Assembly: GCA_946965045.2 (NCBI GenBank) | Contig: OX337229.1 | Coordinates: forward strand, 6,262,001 to 6,326,000 | Length of the DNA: 64,000 nucleotides | Source of the DNA: Epithemia pelagica | Taxonomy: Eukaryota > Protista > Bacillariophyta | Reading direction: 5' to 3' | Shown: piece by piece, positions 35,201 through 47,200 of the stretch | Position numbering within the stretch: the stretch's first letter is position 1 | Layout of the letters: every line of letters begins with the position of its first letter | Position numbers and translations under genes: made by a program | The notes under the pieces: generated by a model | Database searches by the model: none | The model's input: only the letters and a program-made list of their open reading frames with translations | What the model was told of the DNA's origin: nothing

Positions 35201-38200
35201 TTCGTTCCACTGGACGATTCCTCGATGCTTGCTGATACTGAAGCCAGCAAGTTTGATCCAAATGCAATTGTACCGACATCTCCGCCGGTGTCCTCCTACG
35301 GGGAGATCGAATATATGACTCATACAGACGAACCAGGTGAGTCAAATGATGTTTATCCTATCCCATGGGGAAATTCTGTTTCGGACGAAAACGACGAACA
35401 GGTGTTGGACAAGGATTGGAACGAAGCGGGCCATGTTGCCACAGACGACGAAGAGGAGGTTGTTAAGGTTATTGAAGTTGACGATGTGAATCCGTCGATT
35501 TCGTCGTTTGCGTCGTCGTCGTTATCTACCTGGAATGATGGAGATAGCAATGAAGTTTCGAGCCAGAAAAATGACGCGAGTAATCACAACTCAGGCACGT
35601 GGCACTCTCCCCGATCGTCCGCACCATCTTCGTTGGGACACAGCAACAACAGTGACAATTCTTCATATGACACACCTGTGGATTCGGATCCTATTCCGAA
35701 CACCTCGTCTTCGTTTATGGACTGTTTCAATGTCTTGGGGAAATTGGGTGGACATACGCCATCAGAAGGTTCGGGTTCTTCTTCATCTTCCTTTGAGGGT
35801 TCCTCTTCAAGTTCATCGAATAGCACGGTCAGTCATCACAAAAACGATACAATGACTGACGACGACGTCGAAGATCCGCCATTGGACATGTCCCTAGAGA
35901 GTCTTTCCGAACCCAACCTCAATGGATCTTTGACTCCCTCTGTTTTATCCGAAACAGCCAGGACAATTGATGAAAGAGAACGAGCCGAACACAATAAGAC
36001 GACGGCGTCCACCGAACAGTTGGAGGATCCATCGTTGCACAGAAACAGTCTGTGTAGTGGTGGTGCTAGCGTTGCCTCTTCCTCACAAGAATTTAGCGGC
36101 TCGTCGCAGCACCCGAGAGCCACGGAAAATGACTCGTACGCGGATACTGTGTCGTTTGACGACGGTGTGTCGAGTACCACTACCATGGAACTGCTTCAAG
36201 GCGAAGCCATTTTTCTTCCATCGCCTCTGCCGTCCACAAACAAGCAGGACGGTAAGAATGATGATCGTGGCGTATCCCCGCTGGCGCATTCATTGGTCAT
36301 GGCACGGAAAGCAGCCAATGCAGCTCGTGGCAATGCTGCTCATGGCGGGGAGGGCTCTTCTTCTTTGCCCACCAGTGACGATGAGCAGGACAAAACTGAT
36401 ATCAACCAGAACCTCAAAGGAGCTTCGTCCACTTCGGCGTCATCATTATCCTTTTCCATGTCGTCTATCTGGACCGGTGGATACCTGTCCTACTCATCCG
36501 GCTCTACTCGCAGGTTCGCCATGGACCTGCCCTTACCGGATTCTGACCATGACAGTTACAATGCTGGTGACGACGCAGGAGATCAAGATTTGACGTTCCT
36601 ATCCACTCCCAAACCGAGATATGACCGTGGTGATGTTCGTGACGACTGGTCAGACTCAGGTTTGGGTTATGTGAGCCCCTCTGGATTGTCGCTTGCGGCT
36701 TCGACTACCAATTCGGAACTGTTTGCGGTTTCAGTCGCAGATGAAGAAGCTGCAAGCGCGCCTGCCTCTCCCGCAATCGAGCATGTCGTGCCTCAATCAC
36801 GACTAAAACAGGACGCGCCGGCATCGTCGGTTGGAAATCTCTTTGCGTTTCCAGTCGCAGATGAAGAAACTGCAAGCACACCTGCCTTTCCCGCAGTCGA
36901 GCAAGCCGTGCCTCAACCGCGACCAAAACAGGACGCGCCGGCATCGTCGATCAGGAATCTCAAAATGGATCAACGCAACAGCAACAATGACGAAAATGAG
37001 CATGGGGAATGGCCTCAAGTATCCGAACGGAACATCATAGGCGATGCCTTGTCGCCACAGGCACCAACGTCATTACAGCTGGATTCTTTACATTTGCTGG
37101 ATCAACAAGAGCGTCCTCAACCAAAGCAAGAACAACCATCGGTTGAAGACAAAAAGTTCCTTCCTGAAGCACCGCTGAACTCGTCCTCCCATGCCCACCC
37201 GCCAGCTGCTTCTACGGACGAGGAGGACGATGACCCGTTGGTCGTCTCTTCCTTTAGTAGTGACTACTCAGGCAGCGACCAAGAAGAGGATGTGCAAGAC
37301 GATGCCAATGTGAACATTCCAGACCAGAACGCTTCGACGCCTCCAGGATCCACCAATCCGGTTGCCACCATTGATCAGACTCCATCGTTCAACGACGATC
37401 AGCAGCAAAAGGGCGAAACACAACTTGACCAAGCTTCCACGGCAGTCGCTGCTCCGTCCTCTCCAACGGCTAATCGACAAGAAGCAAAAGTGTGTCCTCT
37501 GGATGTGTTTGATGCCATGGGAGGAGCATCCGAGAAACTCACCATGCCGCTCTCTCCCGAGTCGGATCCAGAGTCGGAATCACCAAGACATTGGATGGAA
37601 GCCGAGGATATGGACGCCTCGATTCAACAATGGTACCACCATGAATCCATCTCTGACGTCTCTTCGGCAATACAACAAGCGTTACAGGCACAAGAACGAA
37701 AGAACGACGACAACAATTATGAAGCCTTTCAGGCAAATGAATCGGATAGTTTCATCGAAGAAGAAGTCTTGGACGAAGAAGACGTCACAGAAGAAGAGAT
37801 TCTGGAAGAAGTCATTGAAGATCATCAAGCAGAGGACGACGTACTGGAAGAAGTTATCGTCGAGGAACATGCCGAAGGAGAAGAGATCCTGGAGGAGGAA
37901 ATAATAGAGGAACTGGTCTCCTCGTCGTTTCTGGATATGGGCAGCTTTATTGAAGAAGTTATCCTCGAGGAAGACGAAGCCGAGGTCTTGAACGAACTGG
38001 CTGACACTGTCATCTCCCCTTTGAAACAGGATGAGAAAACGAAAGAACCTCTATCTCCAGTCCGTGAGTCACAAGGCTTGGAAAACTTGGCGCCCGTATC
38101 GCCACAAATGGGTGCCTCCATTCAGCGTTGGGAAAACCAGTTCGTCGACAAGGTTCAAGAAGAAATCCATGATCCTGTTGCGGCAGATGTGGGAAGTATG

Positions 38201-41200
38201 CTCGATAACGAAACGCGAAAGGACATGGTCTCGGACACACCGGGTAACAATCTTGTAGAAGACATGAGGCAGGAAAAGGACTTGGATACTGCGTTGGAAT
38301 CTGCTCCTTCCGTTGAGTCTATGAGCAACACGGAGCTTCCTTTGTCACCAGTGTCGGAACCCAATGCTATGGTTGACTTGGCACCAATTTCTCCTCAAAT
38401 GAATTCAGTTCTTCGACAGTGGGAAAATCGGTTTGCCGACAACGCGGAAGCTCAAATTCAAGACCATGCTAACGCAGAGGCTAGTCGTGCTCGTACGGAA
38501 ACGGAAACTGTCATGGACTCGTATACCCTGGAAGAAGACTTGATGGAGGACGAGATGGAACATGACGATGAGCTAGATGGTGTGTTGGAATCGATCACGG
38601 CCTCGATCGAGTCCTACCAAGCTTTGGAAATACCACTCTCGCCGGTCTCGGAACCTGAAGAAATGATGGACTTGGCACCCATTTCGCCGCAAATGAATTC
38701 AGTAATTCAACAATGGGAAAACCGATTCGCCAAGAACGACGAGGACGATACCCACCATGCAGACGACGACGATGAAGCAATCGAATCCAGATCCGCTGGT
38801 AGCTCTGTTATGGAAGAAGATCTCGAGGATGACGACGAGTTCGAAGCCATTTCTCGATCCATGGAGCCAACAGATGATCTCGCACAACCAGAGTCGCCCA
38901 TTGCAGACCCCGAAGGCATGTTGGAGCTGACTCCAATGTCCCGAGAAACGAGTGCCCTCATTGAGGATTGGGACAATCTTAGGCAGCAACAAACACAACT
39001 GGCCACGTCGGATGCACCGGGTGGTTTGGGACAAGAGGAAGAACCTTTGACTGACACTGCCGATGCCAGTTCTCGATCGATTGAATCGTATGAATCCGTC
39101 ACTGCGTCACAAACGTCCTTGGCTGAGTCCGAAGGATTAATGGACCTGGCGCCAATATCATCACAAATGAATAATTCTATTCAACTTTGGGAAAGCTTCG
39201 TTGCGGACAATTCGCAAGAAATCAATTTTGACCACTCGTCACCTGCTGTCGAAGTTCCTCCCGACGACGTGGAAAATGACATGGCATCGATCCCAGCGGA
39301 CATGTCCTCGCAGACGTCCTTGTCGGAGTCGGAAGGACTGATGGACCTTGCTCCAATATCATCACAAATGAATAATTCTATTCAACATTGGGAAAGCTTC
39401 ATTGCCGGCAATTCGCAAGAAATCAACTTTGACATCACATCTCCAACTGTCGAAGTTCCTCACGACGACGTGGAAAATGACATGGCATCGATTCCAGCGG
39501 ACATGTCCTCACAGACGTCCTTGTCGGAGTCGGAAGGACTGATGGACCTTGCTCCAATATCATCACAAATGAATAATTCTATTCAACATTGGGAAAGCTT
39601 CGTTGCGGACAATTCGCAAGAAATCAATTTTGACCACTCGTCACCTGCTGTCGAAGTTCCTCCCGACGACGTGGAAAATGACATGGCATCGATCCCAGCG
39701 GATATGTCCTCACAGACGTCCTTGTCGGAGTCGGAAGGACTGATGGACCTTGCTCCAATATCATCACAAATGAATAATTCTATTCAACATTGGGAAAGTT
39801 TCATTGCGGGCAATTCGCAAGAAATCAATTTTGACCACACATCACCTGCTGTCGAAGTTCCTCACGACGACGTGGAAAATGACACGGTATCGATTCCAGC
39901 GGACATGTCGTCGCAGACGTCCTTGTCGGAGTCGGAAGGACTGATGGACCTTGCGCCAATATCATCACAAATGAATAATTCTATTCAACATTGGGAAAGC
40001 TTCATTGCGGACAATTCGCAAGAAATCAACTTTGACAACACATCTCCAACTGTCGATAAGTCGCGTCCAGAAGAAAAGAACCATGCGGAAACAAAGTCGC
40101 AGTCTGCTGCAGCAAATGAAGAGGTCGGTAAGAACGAGTTGGAAGACATCAATTCTTCTATGGAGACAAATGAGTCGTTAGCACAACCAACGTCACCTGC
40201 TTCAGAGCCAGAATCGCTCGTTGATCACAATCCAGGGTCCAGTGAAATTGATGCAGCTATCCGGCGATGGGAAAATCGATTTGCCGAGGACGCCACTTGG
40301 GATGATGGAAAGATCGTCGGGGAGAAAACGAAAGTTATGAAGCAGTCACCAGAATCTGATCAAGATCCTCGTGATGAAACGTTCTTAGATGGTCCAGAAC
40401 TTTCCAGCGCCGCCAGATCCATCCCTCACGAGTTTGAGTACGAGTCGGTAAGGTTTGTTGTTAGACGACCATATGGTGCAGAGATGGATCAAGCCTTGTG
40501 GTTTGAAAACGGCCAGCTTGGAGCCAAAGTCTATCAACAACACGCATCGGCACACAGTGTGGAAACAATTGAGATTCTTGGACTCCGTGATGCTGACGGC
40601 TCAAAATTTGTGCTGTATGGCCATGATACCATTCGTCATGGAACTCAGGATGGCGTATGGAGTAAGTCTTCCGACAATCATATCAAACTTGAAAATAAGG
40701 AAGAAGAACAACATGATGCGAAAAATCCGACACCACCACTTGATGAACACTATCAACGCGCCATATCAATCCGTATAAAATACTGTACGACTCTTCTCTC
40801 AGCTGCGACAAAAATGTCACCAACTGACGCTTACAGCCCTATTCAGCCAGATGTTGGAAGTGACAAAGACGACTCTGCGAAGAAAGCTGTTTCTGTTATG
40901 AGTGATGTCACTGACCAAAAAAGAAAATCTAGAATGTCCACGCTAATGGCACCAGCAGACGAAAAGCAAAACGATGGGAATTCAAAGCATCCAACTAGTT
41001 TGGTTCCCAAGGTGAAAACGAGGGACATGCCACCGTTTTTGGACAAGCTCAAGAAACGTACCGTGCCATCCAATGAAAAATCTGTGGCTACTTCTCCTAT
41101 CGTTCCTGTACGGGATGACGATACCGATGTTGCTACTCGTGTTGGTAATGGTGCTCTGTCGCAACGAGATGCTGGTAGTCCATCAAAGCCAACGACACCA

Positions 41201-44200
41201 GAACAGGAAAAGCAAAACGACGAGGATTCAAAGCATCCAACTAGTTTGGTTCCCAAGGTGAAAACGAGGGACATGCCACCGTTTTTGGACAAGCTCAAGA
41301 AACGTACCGTGCCATCCAATGAAAAATCTGTGGCAACTTCTCCTATCGTTCCTGTACGGGATGACGATACCGATGTTGCTACTCGTGTTGGTGATGGTGC
41401 TCTGTCGCAACGAGATGCTGGTAGTCCATCAAAGCCAACGACACCAGAAGAGGAGAAGCAAAACGACGAGGATTCAAAGCATCCAACTAGTTTGGTTCCC
41501 AAGGTCAAAACGAGGGACATGCCACCGTTTTTGGACAAGCTCAAGAAACGTACCGTGCCATCCAATGAAAAATCTGTGGCAACTTCTCCTATCGTTCCTG
41601 TACGGGATGACGATACCGATGTTGCTACTCGTGTTGGTGATGGTGCTCTGTCGCAACGAGATGCTGGTAGTCCATCAAAGCCAACGACACCAGAACAGGA
41701 AAAGCAAAATGACGAGGATTCAAAGCATCCAACTAGTTTGGTTCCCAAGGTGAAAACGAGGGACATGCCACCGTTTTTGGACAAGCTCAAGAAACGTACC
41801 GTGCCATCCAATGAAAAATCTGTGGCTACTTCTCCTATCGTTCCTGTACGGGATGACGATACCGATGTTGCTACTCGTGTTGGTGATGGTGCTCTGTCGC
41901 AACGAGATGCTGGTAGTCCATCAAAGCCAACGACACCAGAACAGGAAAAGCAAAATGACGAGGATTCAAAGCGTCCAACTAGTTTGGTTCCCAAGGTGAA
42001 AACGAGGGACATGCCACCGTTTTTGGACAAGCTCAAGAAACGTACCGTGCCATCCAATGAAAAATCTGTGGCAACTTCTCCTATCGTTCCTGTACGGGAT
42101 GACGATACCGATGTTGCTACTCGTGTTGGTGATGGTGCTCTGTCGCAACGAGATGCTGGTAGTCCATCAAAGCCAACGACACCAGAACAGGAAAAGCAAA
42201 ATGACGAGGATTCAAAGCGTCCAACTAGTTTGGTTCCCAAGGTGAAAACGAGGGACATGCCACCGTTTTTGGACAAGCTCAAGAAACGTACTGGCAATGA
42301 AAAATCTGTGGCAACTTCTCCTATCGTTCCTGTACGGGATAACGATACCGATGTTGCTATTTGTGTTGGTGATGGTGCTCTGTCGCAACGAGATGCTGGT
42401 AGTCCATCAAAGCCAACGACACCAGAACAGGAAAAGCAAAATGACGAGGATTCAAAGCATCCAACTAGTTTGGTTCCCAAGGTGAAAACGAGGGACATGC
42501 CACCGTTTTTGGACAAGCTCAAGAAACGTACCGTGCCATCCAATGAAAAATCTGTGGCTACTTCTCCTATCGTTCCTGTACGGGATGACGATACCGATGT
42601 TGCTACTCGTGTTGGTGATGGTGCTCTGTCGCAACGAGATGCTGGTAGTCCATCAAAGCCAACGACACCAGAACAGGAAAAGCAAAATGACGAGGATTCA
42701 AAGCGTCCAACTAGTTTGGTTCCCAAGGTGAAAACGAGGGACATGCCACCGTTTTTGGACAAGCTCAAGAAACGTACCGTGCCATCCAATGAAAAATCTG
42801 TGGCAACTTCTCCTATCGTTCCTGTACGGGATGACGATACCGATGTTGCTACTCGTGTTGGTGATGGTGCTCTGTCGCAACGAGATGCTGGTAGTCCATC
42901 AAAGCCAACGACACCAGAACAGGAAAAGCAAAATGACGAGGATTCAAAGCGTCCAACTAGTTTGGTTCCCAAGGTGAAAACGAGGGACATGCCACCGTTT
43001 TTGGACAAGCTCAAGAAACGTACTGGCAATGAAAAATCTGTGGCAACTTCTCCTATCGTTCCTGTACGGGATAACGATACCGATGTTGCTACTCGTGTTG
43101 GTGATGGTGCTCTGTCGCAACGAGATGCTGGTAGTCCATCAAAGCCAACGACACCAGAACAGGAAAAGCAAAATGACGAGGATTCAAAGCGTCCAACTAG
43201 TTTGGTTCCCAAGGTGAAAACGAGGGACATGCCACCGTTTTTGGACAAGCTCAAGAAACGTACTGGCAATGAAAAATCTGTGGCAACTTCTCCTATCGTT
43301 CCTGTACGGGATGACGATACCGATGTTGCTATTTGTGTTGGTGATGGTGCTCTGTCGCAACGAGATGCTGGTAGTCCATCAAAGCCAACGACACCAGAAC
43401 AGGAAAAGCAAAATGACGAGGATTCAAAGCATCCAACTAGTTTGGTTCCCAAGGTGAAAACGAGGGACATGCCACCGTTTTTGGACAAGCTCAAGAAACG
43501 TACCGTGCCATCCAATGAAAAATCTGTGGCAACTTCTCCTATCGTTCCTGTACGGGATGACGATACCGATGTTGCTACTCGTGTTGGTGATGGTGCTCTG
43601 TCGCAACGAGATGCTGGTAGTCCATCAAAGCCAACGACACCAGAACAGGAAAAGCAAAATGACGAGGATTCAAAGCGTCCAACTAGTTTGGTTCCCAAGG
43701 TGAAAACGAGGGACATGCCACCGTTTTTGGACAAGCTCAAGAAACGTACCGTGCCATCCAATGAAAAATCTGTGGCAACTTCTCCTATCGTTCCTGTACG
43801 GGATGACGATACCGATGTTGCTATTTGTGTTGGTGATGGTGCTCTGTCGCAACGAGATGCTGGTAGTCCATCAAAGCCAACGACACCAGAACAGGAAAAG
43901 CAAAATGACGAGGATTCAAAGCGTCCAACTAGTTTGGTTCCCAAGGTGAAAACGAGGGACATGCCACCGTTTTTGGACAAGCTCAAGAAACGTACTGGCA
44001 ATGAAAAATCTGTGGCAACTTCTCCTATCCTCCCTGTACGGGATGACGATACCGATGTTGCTACTCGTGTTGGTTATGGTGCTCTGTCGCAACGAGATGC
44101 TGGTAGTCCATCAAAGCCAACGACACCAGAACAGGAAAAGCAAAATGACGAGGATTCAAAGCGTCCAACTAGTTTGGTTCCCAAGGTGAAAACGAGGGAC

Positions 44201-47200
44201 ATGCCACCGTTTTTGGACAAGCTCAAGAAACGTACCGTGCCATCCAATGAAAAATCTGTGGCAACTTCTCCTATCGTTCCTGTACGGGATGACGATACCG
44301 CTGTTGCTACTTGTGTTGGTGATGGTGCTCTGTCGCAACGAGATGCTGGTAGTCCATCAAAGCCAACGAAACCAGAAGAGGAAAAGCAAAACGACGAGGA
44401 TTCAAAGCATCCAACTTGTTTGGCTCCCAAGGTGAAAACGAGGGACATGCCACCGTTTTTGGACAAGCTCAAGAAACGTACCGTGCCATCCAATGAAAAA
44501 TCTGTGGCAACTTCTCCTATCGTTCCTGTACGGGATGACGATACCGCTGTGGCTACTTGTGTTGGTGATGGTGCTCTGTCGCAACGAGATGCTGGTAGTC
44601 CATCAAAGCCAACGACACCAGAAGAGGAAAAGCAAAATGACGAGGATTCAAAGCATCCAACTAGTTTGGTTCCCAAGGTGAAAACGAGGGACATGCCACC
44701 GTTTTTGGACAAGCTCAAGAAACGTACCGTGCCATCCAATGAAAAATCTGTGGCAACTTCTCCTATCGTTCCTGTACGGGATGACGATACCGCTGTTGCT
44801 ACTTGTGTTGGTGATGGTGCTCTGTCGCAACGAGATGCTGGTAGTCCATCAAAGCCAACGACACCAGAAGAGGAAAAGCAAAACGACGAGGATTCAAAAC
44901 ATCCAACTAGTTTGGTTCCCAAGGTGAAAACGAGGGACATGCCACCGTTTTTGAACAAGCTCAAGAAACGTACTGGCAATGAAAAATCTGTGGCAACTTC
45001 TCCTATCGTTCCTGTACGGGATGACGATACCGATGTTGCTACTTGTGTTGGTGATGGTGCTCTGTCGCAACGAGATGCTGGTAGTCCATCAAAGCCAACG
45101 ACACCAGAACAGGAAAAGCAAAACGACGAGGATTCAAAGCATCCAACTAGTTTGGTTCCCAAGGTGAAAACGAGGGACATGCCACCGTTTTTGGACAAGC
45201 TCAAGAAACGTACCGTGCCATCCAATGAAAAATCTGTGGCTACTTCTCCTATCCTTCCTGTACGGGATGACGATACCGATGTTGCTACTCGTGTTGGTGA
45301 TGGTGCTCTGTCGCAACGAGATGCTGGTAGTCCATCAAAGCCAACGACACCAGAACAGGAAAAGCAAAATGACGAGGATTCAAAGCATCCAACTAGTTTG
45401 GTTCCCAAGGTGAAAACGAGGGACATGCCACCGTTTTTGGACAAGCTCAAGAAACGTACCGTGCCATCCAATGAAAAATCTGTGGCAACTTCTCCTATCG
45501 TTCCTGTACGGGATGACGATACCGATGTTGCTACTCGTGTTGGTGATGGTGCTCTGTCGCAACGAGATGCTGGTAGTCCATCAAAGCCAACGACACCAGA
45601 ACAGGAAAAGCAAAATGACGAGGATTCAAAGCATCCAACTAGTTTGGTTCCCAAGGTGAAAACGAGGGACATGCCACCGTTTTTGGACAAGCTCAAGAAA
45701 CGTACCGTGCCATCCAATGAAAAATCTGTGGCAACTTCTCCTATCGTTCCTGTACGGGATGACGATACCGATGTTGCTATTTGTGTTGGTGATGGTGCTC
45801 TGTCGCAACGAGATGCTGGTAGTCCATCAAAGCCAACGACACCAGAAGAGGAAAAGCAAAACGACGAGGATTCAAAGCATCCAACTAGTTTGGTTCCCAA
45901 GGTGAAAACGAGGGACATGCCACCGTTTTTGAACAAGCTCAAGAAACGTACCGTGCCATCCAATGAAAAATCTGTGGCAACTTCTCCTATCGTTCCTGTA
46001 CGGGATGACGATACCGATGTTGCTACTTGTGTTGGTTATGGTGCTCTGTCGCAACGAGATGCTGGTAGTCCATCAAAGCCAACGACACCAGAAGAGGAAA
46101 AGCAAAACGACGAGGATTCAAAGCATCCAACTAGTTTGGTTCCCAAGGTGAAAACGAGGGACATGCCACCGTTTTTGGACAAGCTCAAGAAACGTACCGT
46201 GCCATCCAATGAAAAATCTGTGGCAACTTCTCCTATCCTTCCTGTACGGGATGACGATACCGATGTTGCTACTCGTGTTGGTGATGGTGCTCTGTCGCAA
46301 CGAGATGCTGGTAGTCCATCAAAGCCAACGACACCAGAACAGGAAAAGCAAAATGACGAGGATTCAAAGCGTCCAACTAGTTTGGTTCCCAAGGTGAAAA
46401 CGAGGGACATGCCACCGTTTTTGGACAAGCTCAAGAAACGTACCGTGCCATCCAATGAAAAATCTGTGGCAACTTCTCCTATCGTTCCTGTACGGGATGA
46501 CGATACCGATGTTGCTATTTGTGTTGGTGATGGTGCTCTGTCGCAACGAGATGCTGGTAGTCCATCAAAGCCAACGACACCAGAAGAGGAAAAGCAAAAC
46601 GACGAGGATTCAAAGCATCCAACTAGTTTGGTTCCCAAGGTGAAAACGAGGGACATGCCACCGTTTTTGGACAAGCTCAAGAAACGTACTGGCAATGAAA
46701 AATCTGTGGCAACTTCTCCTATCCTTCCTGTACGGGATAACGATACCGATGTTGCTACTCGTGTTGGTGATGGTGCTCTGTCGCAACGAGATGCTGGTAG
46801 TCCATCAAAGCCAACGACACCAGAACAGGAAAAGCAAAATGACGAGGATTCAAAGCATCCAACTAGTTTGGTTCCCAAGGTGAAAACGAGGGACATGCCA
46901 CCGTTTTTGGACAAGCTCAAGAAACGTACCGTGCCATCCAATGAAAAATCTGTGGCTACTTCTCCTATCGTTCCTGTACGGGATGACGATACCGATGTTG
47001 CTACTCGTGTTGGTGATGGTGCTCTGTCGCAACGAGATGCTGGTAGTCCATCAAAGCCATCGACACCAGAAGAGGAAAAGCAAAACGACGAGGATTCAAA
47101 GCATCCAACTACTAGTTTGGTTCCCAAGGTGAAAACGAGGGACATGCCACCGTTTTTGGACAAGCTCAAGAAACGTACCGTGCCATCCAATGAAAAATCT

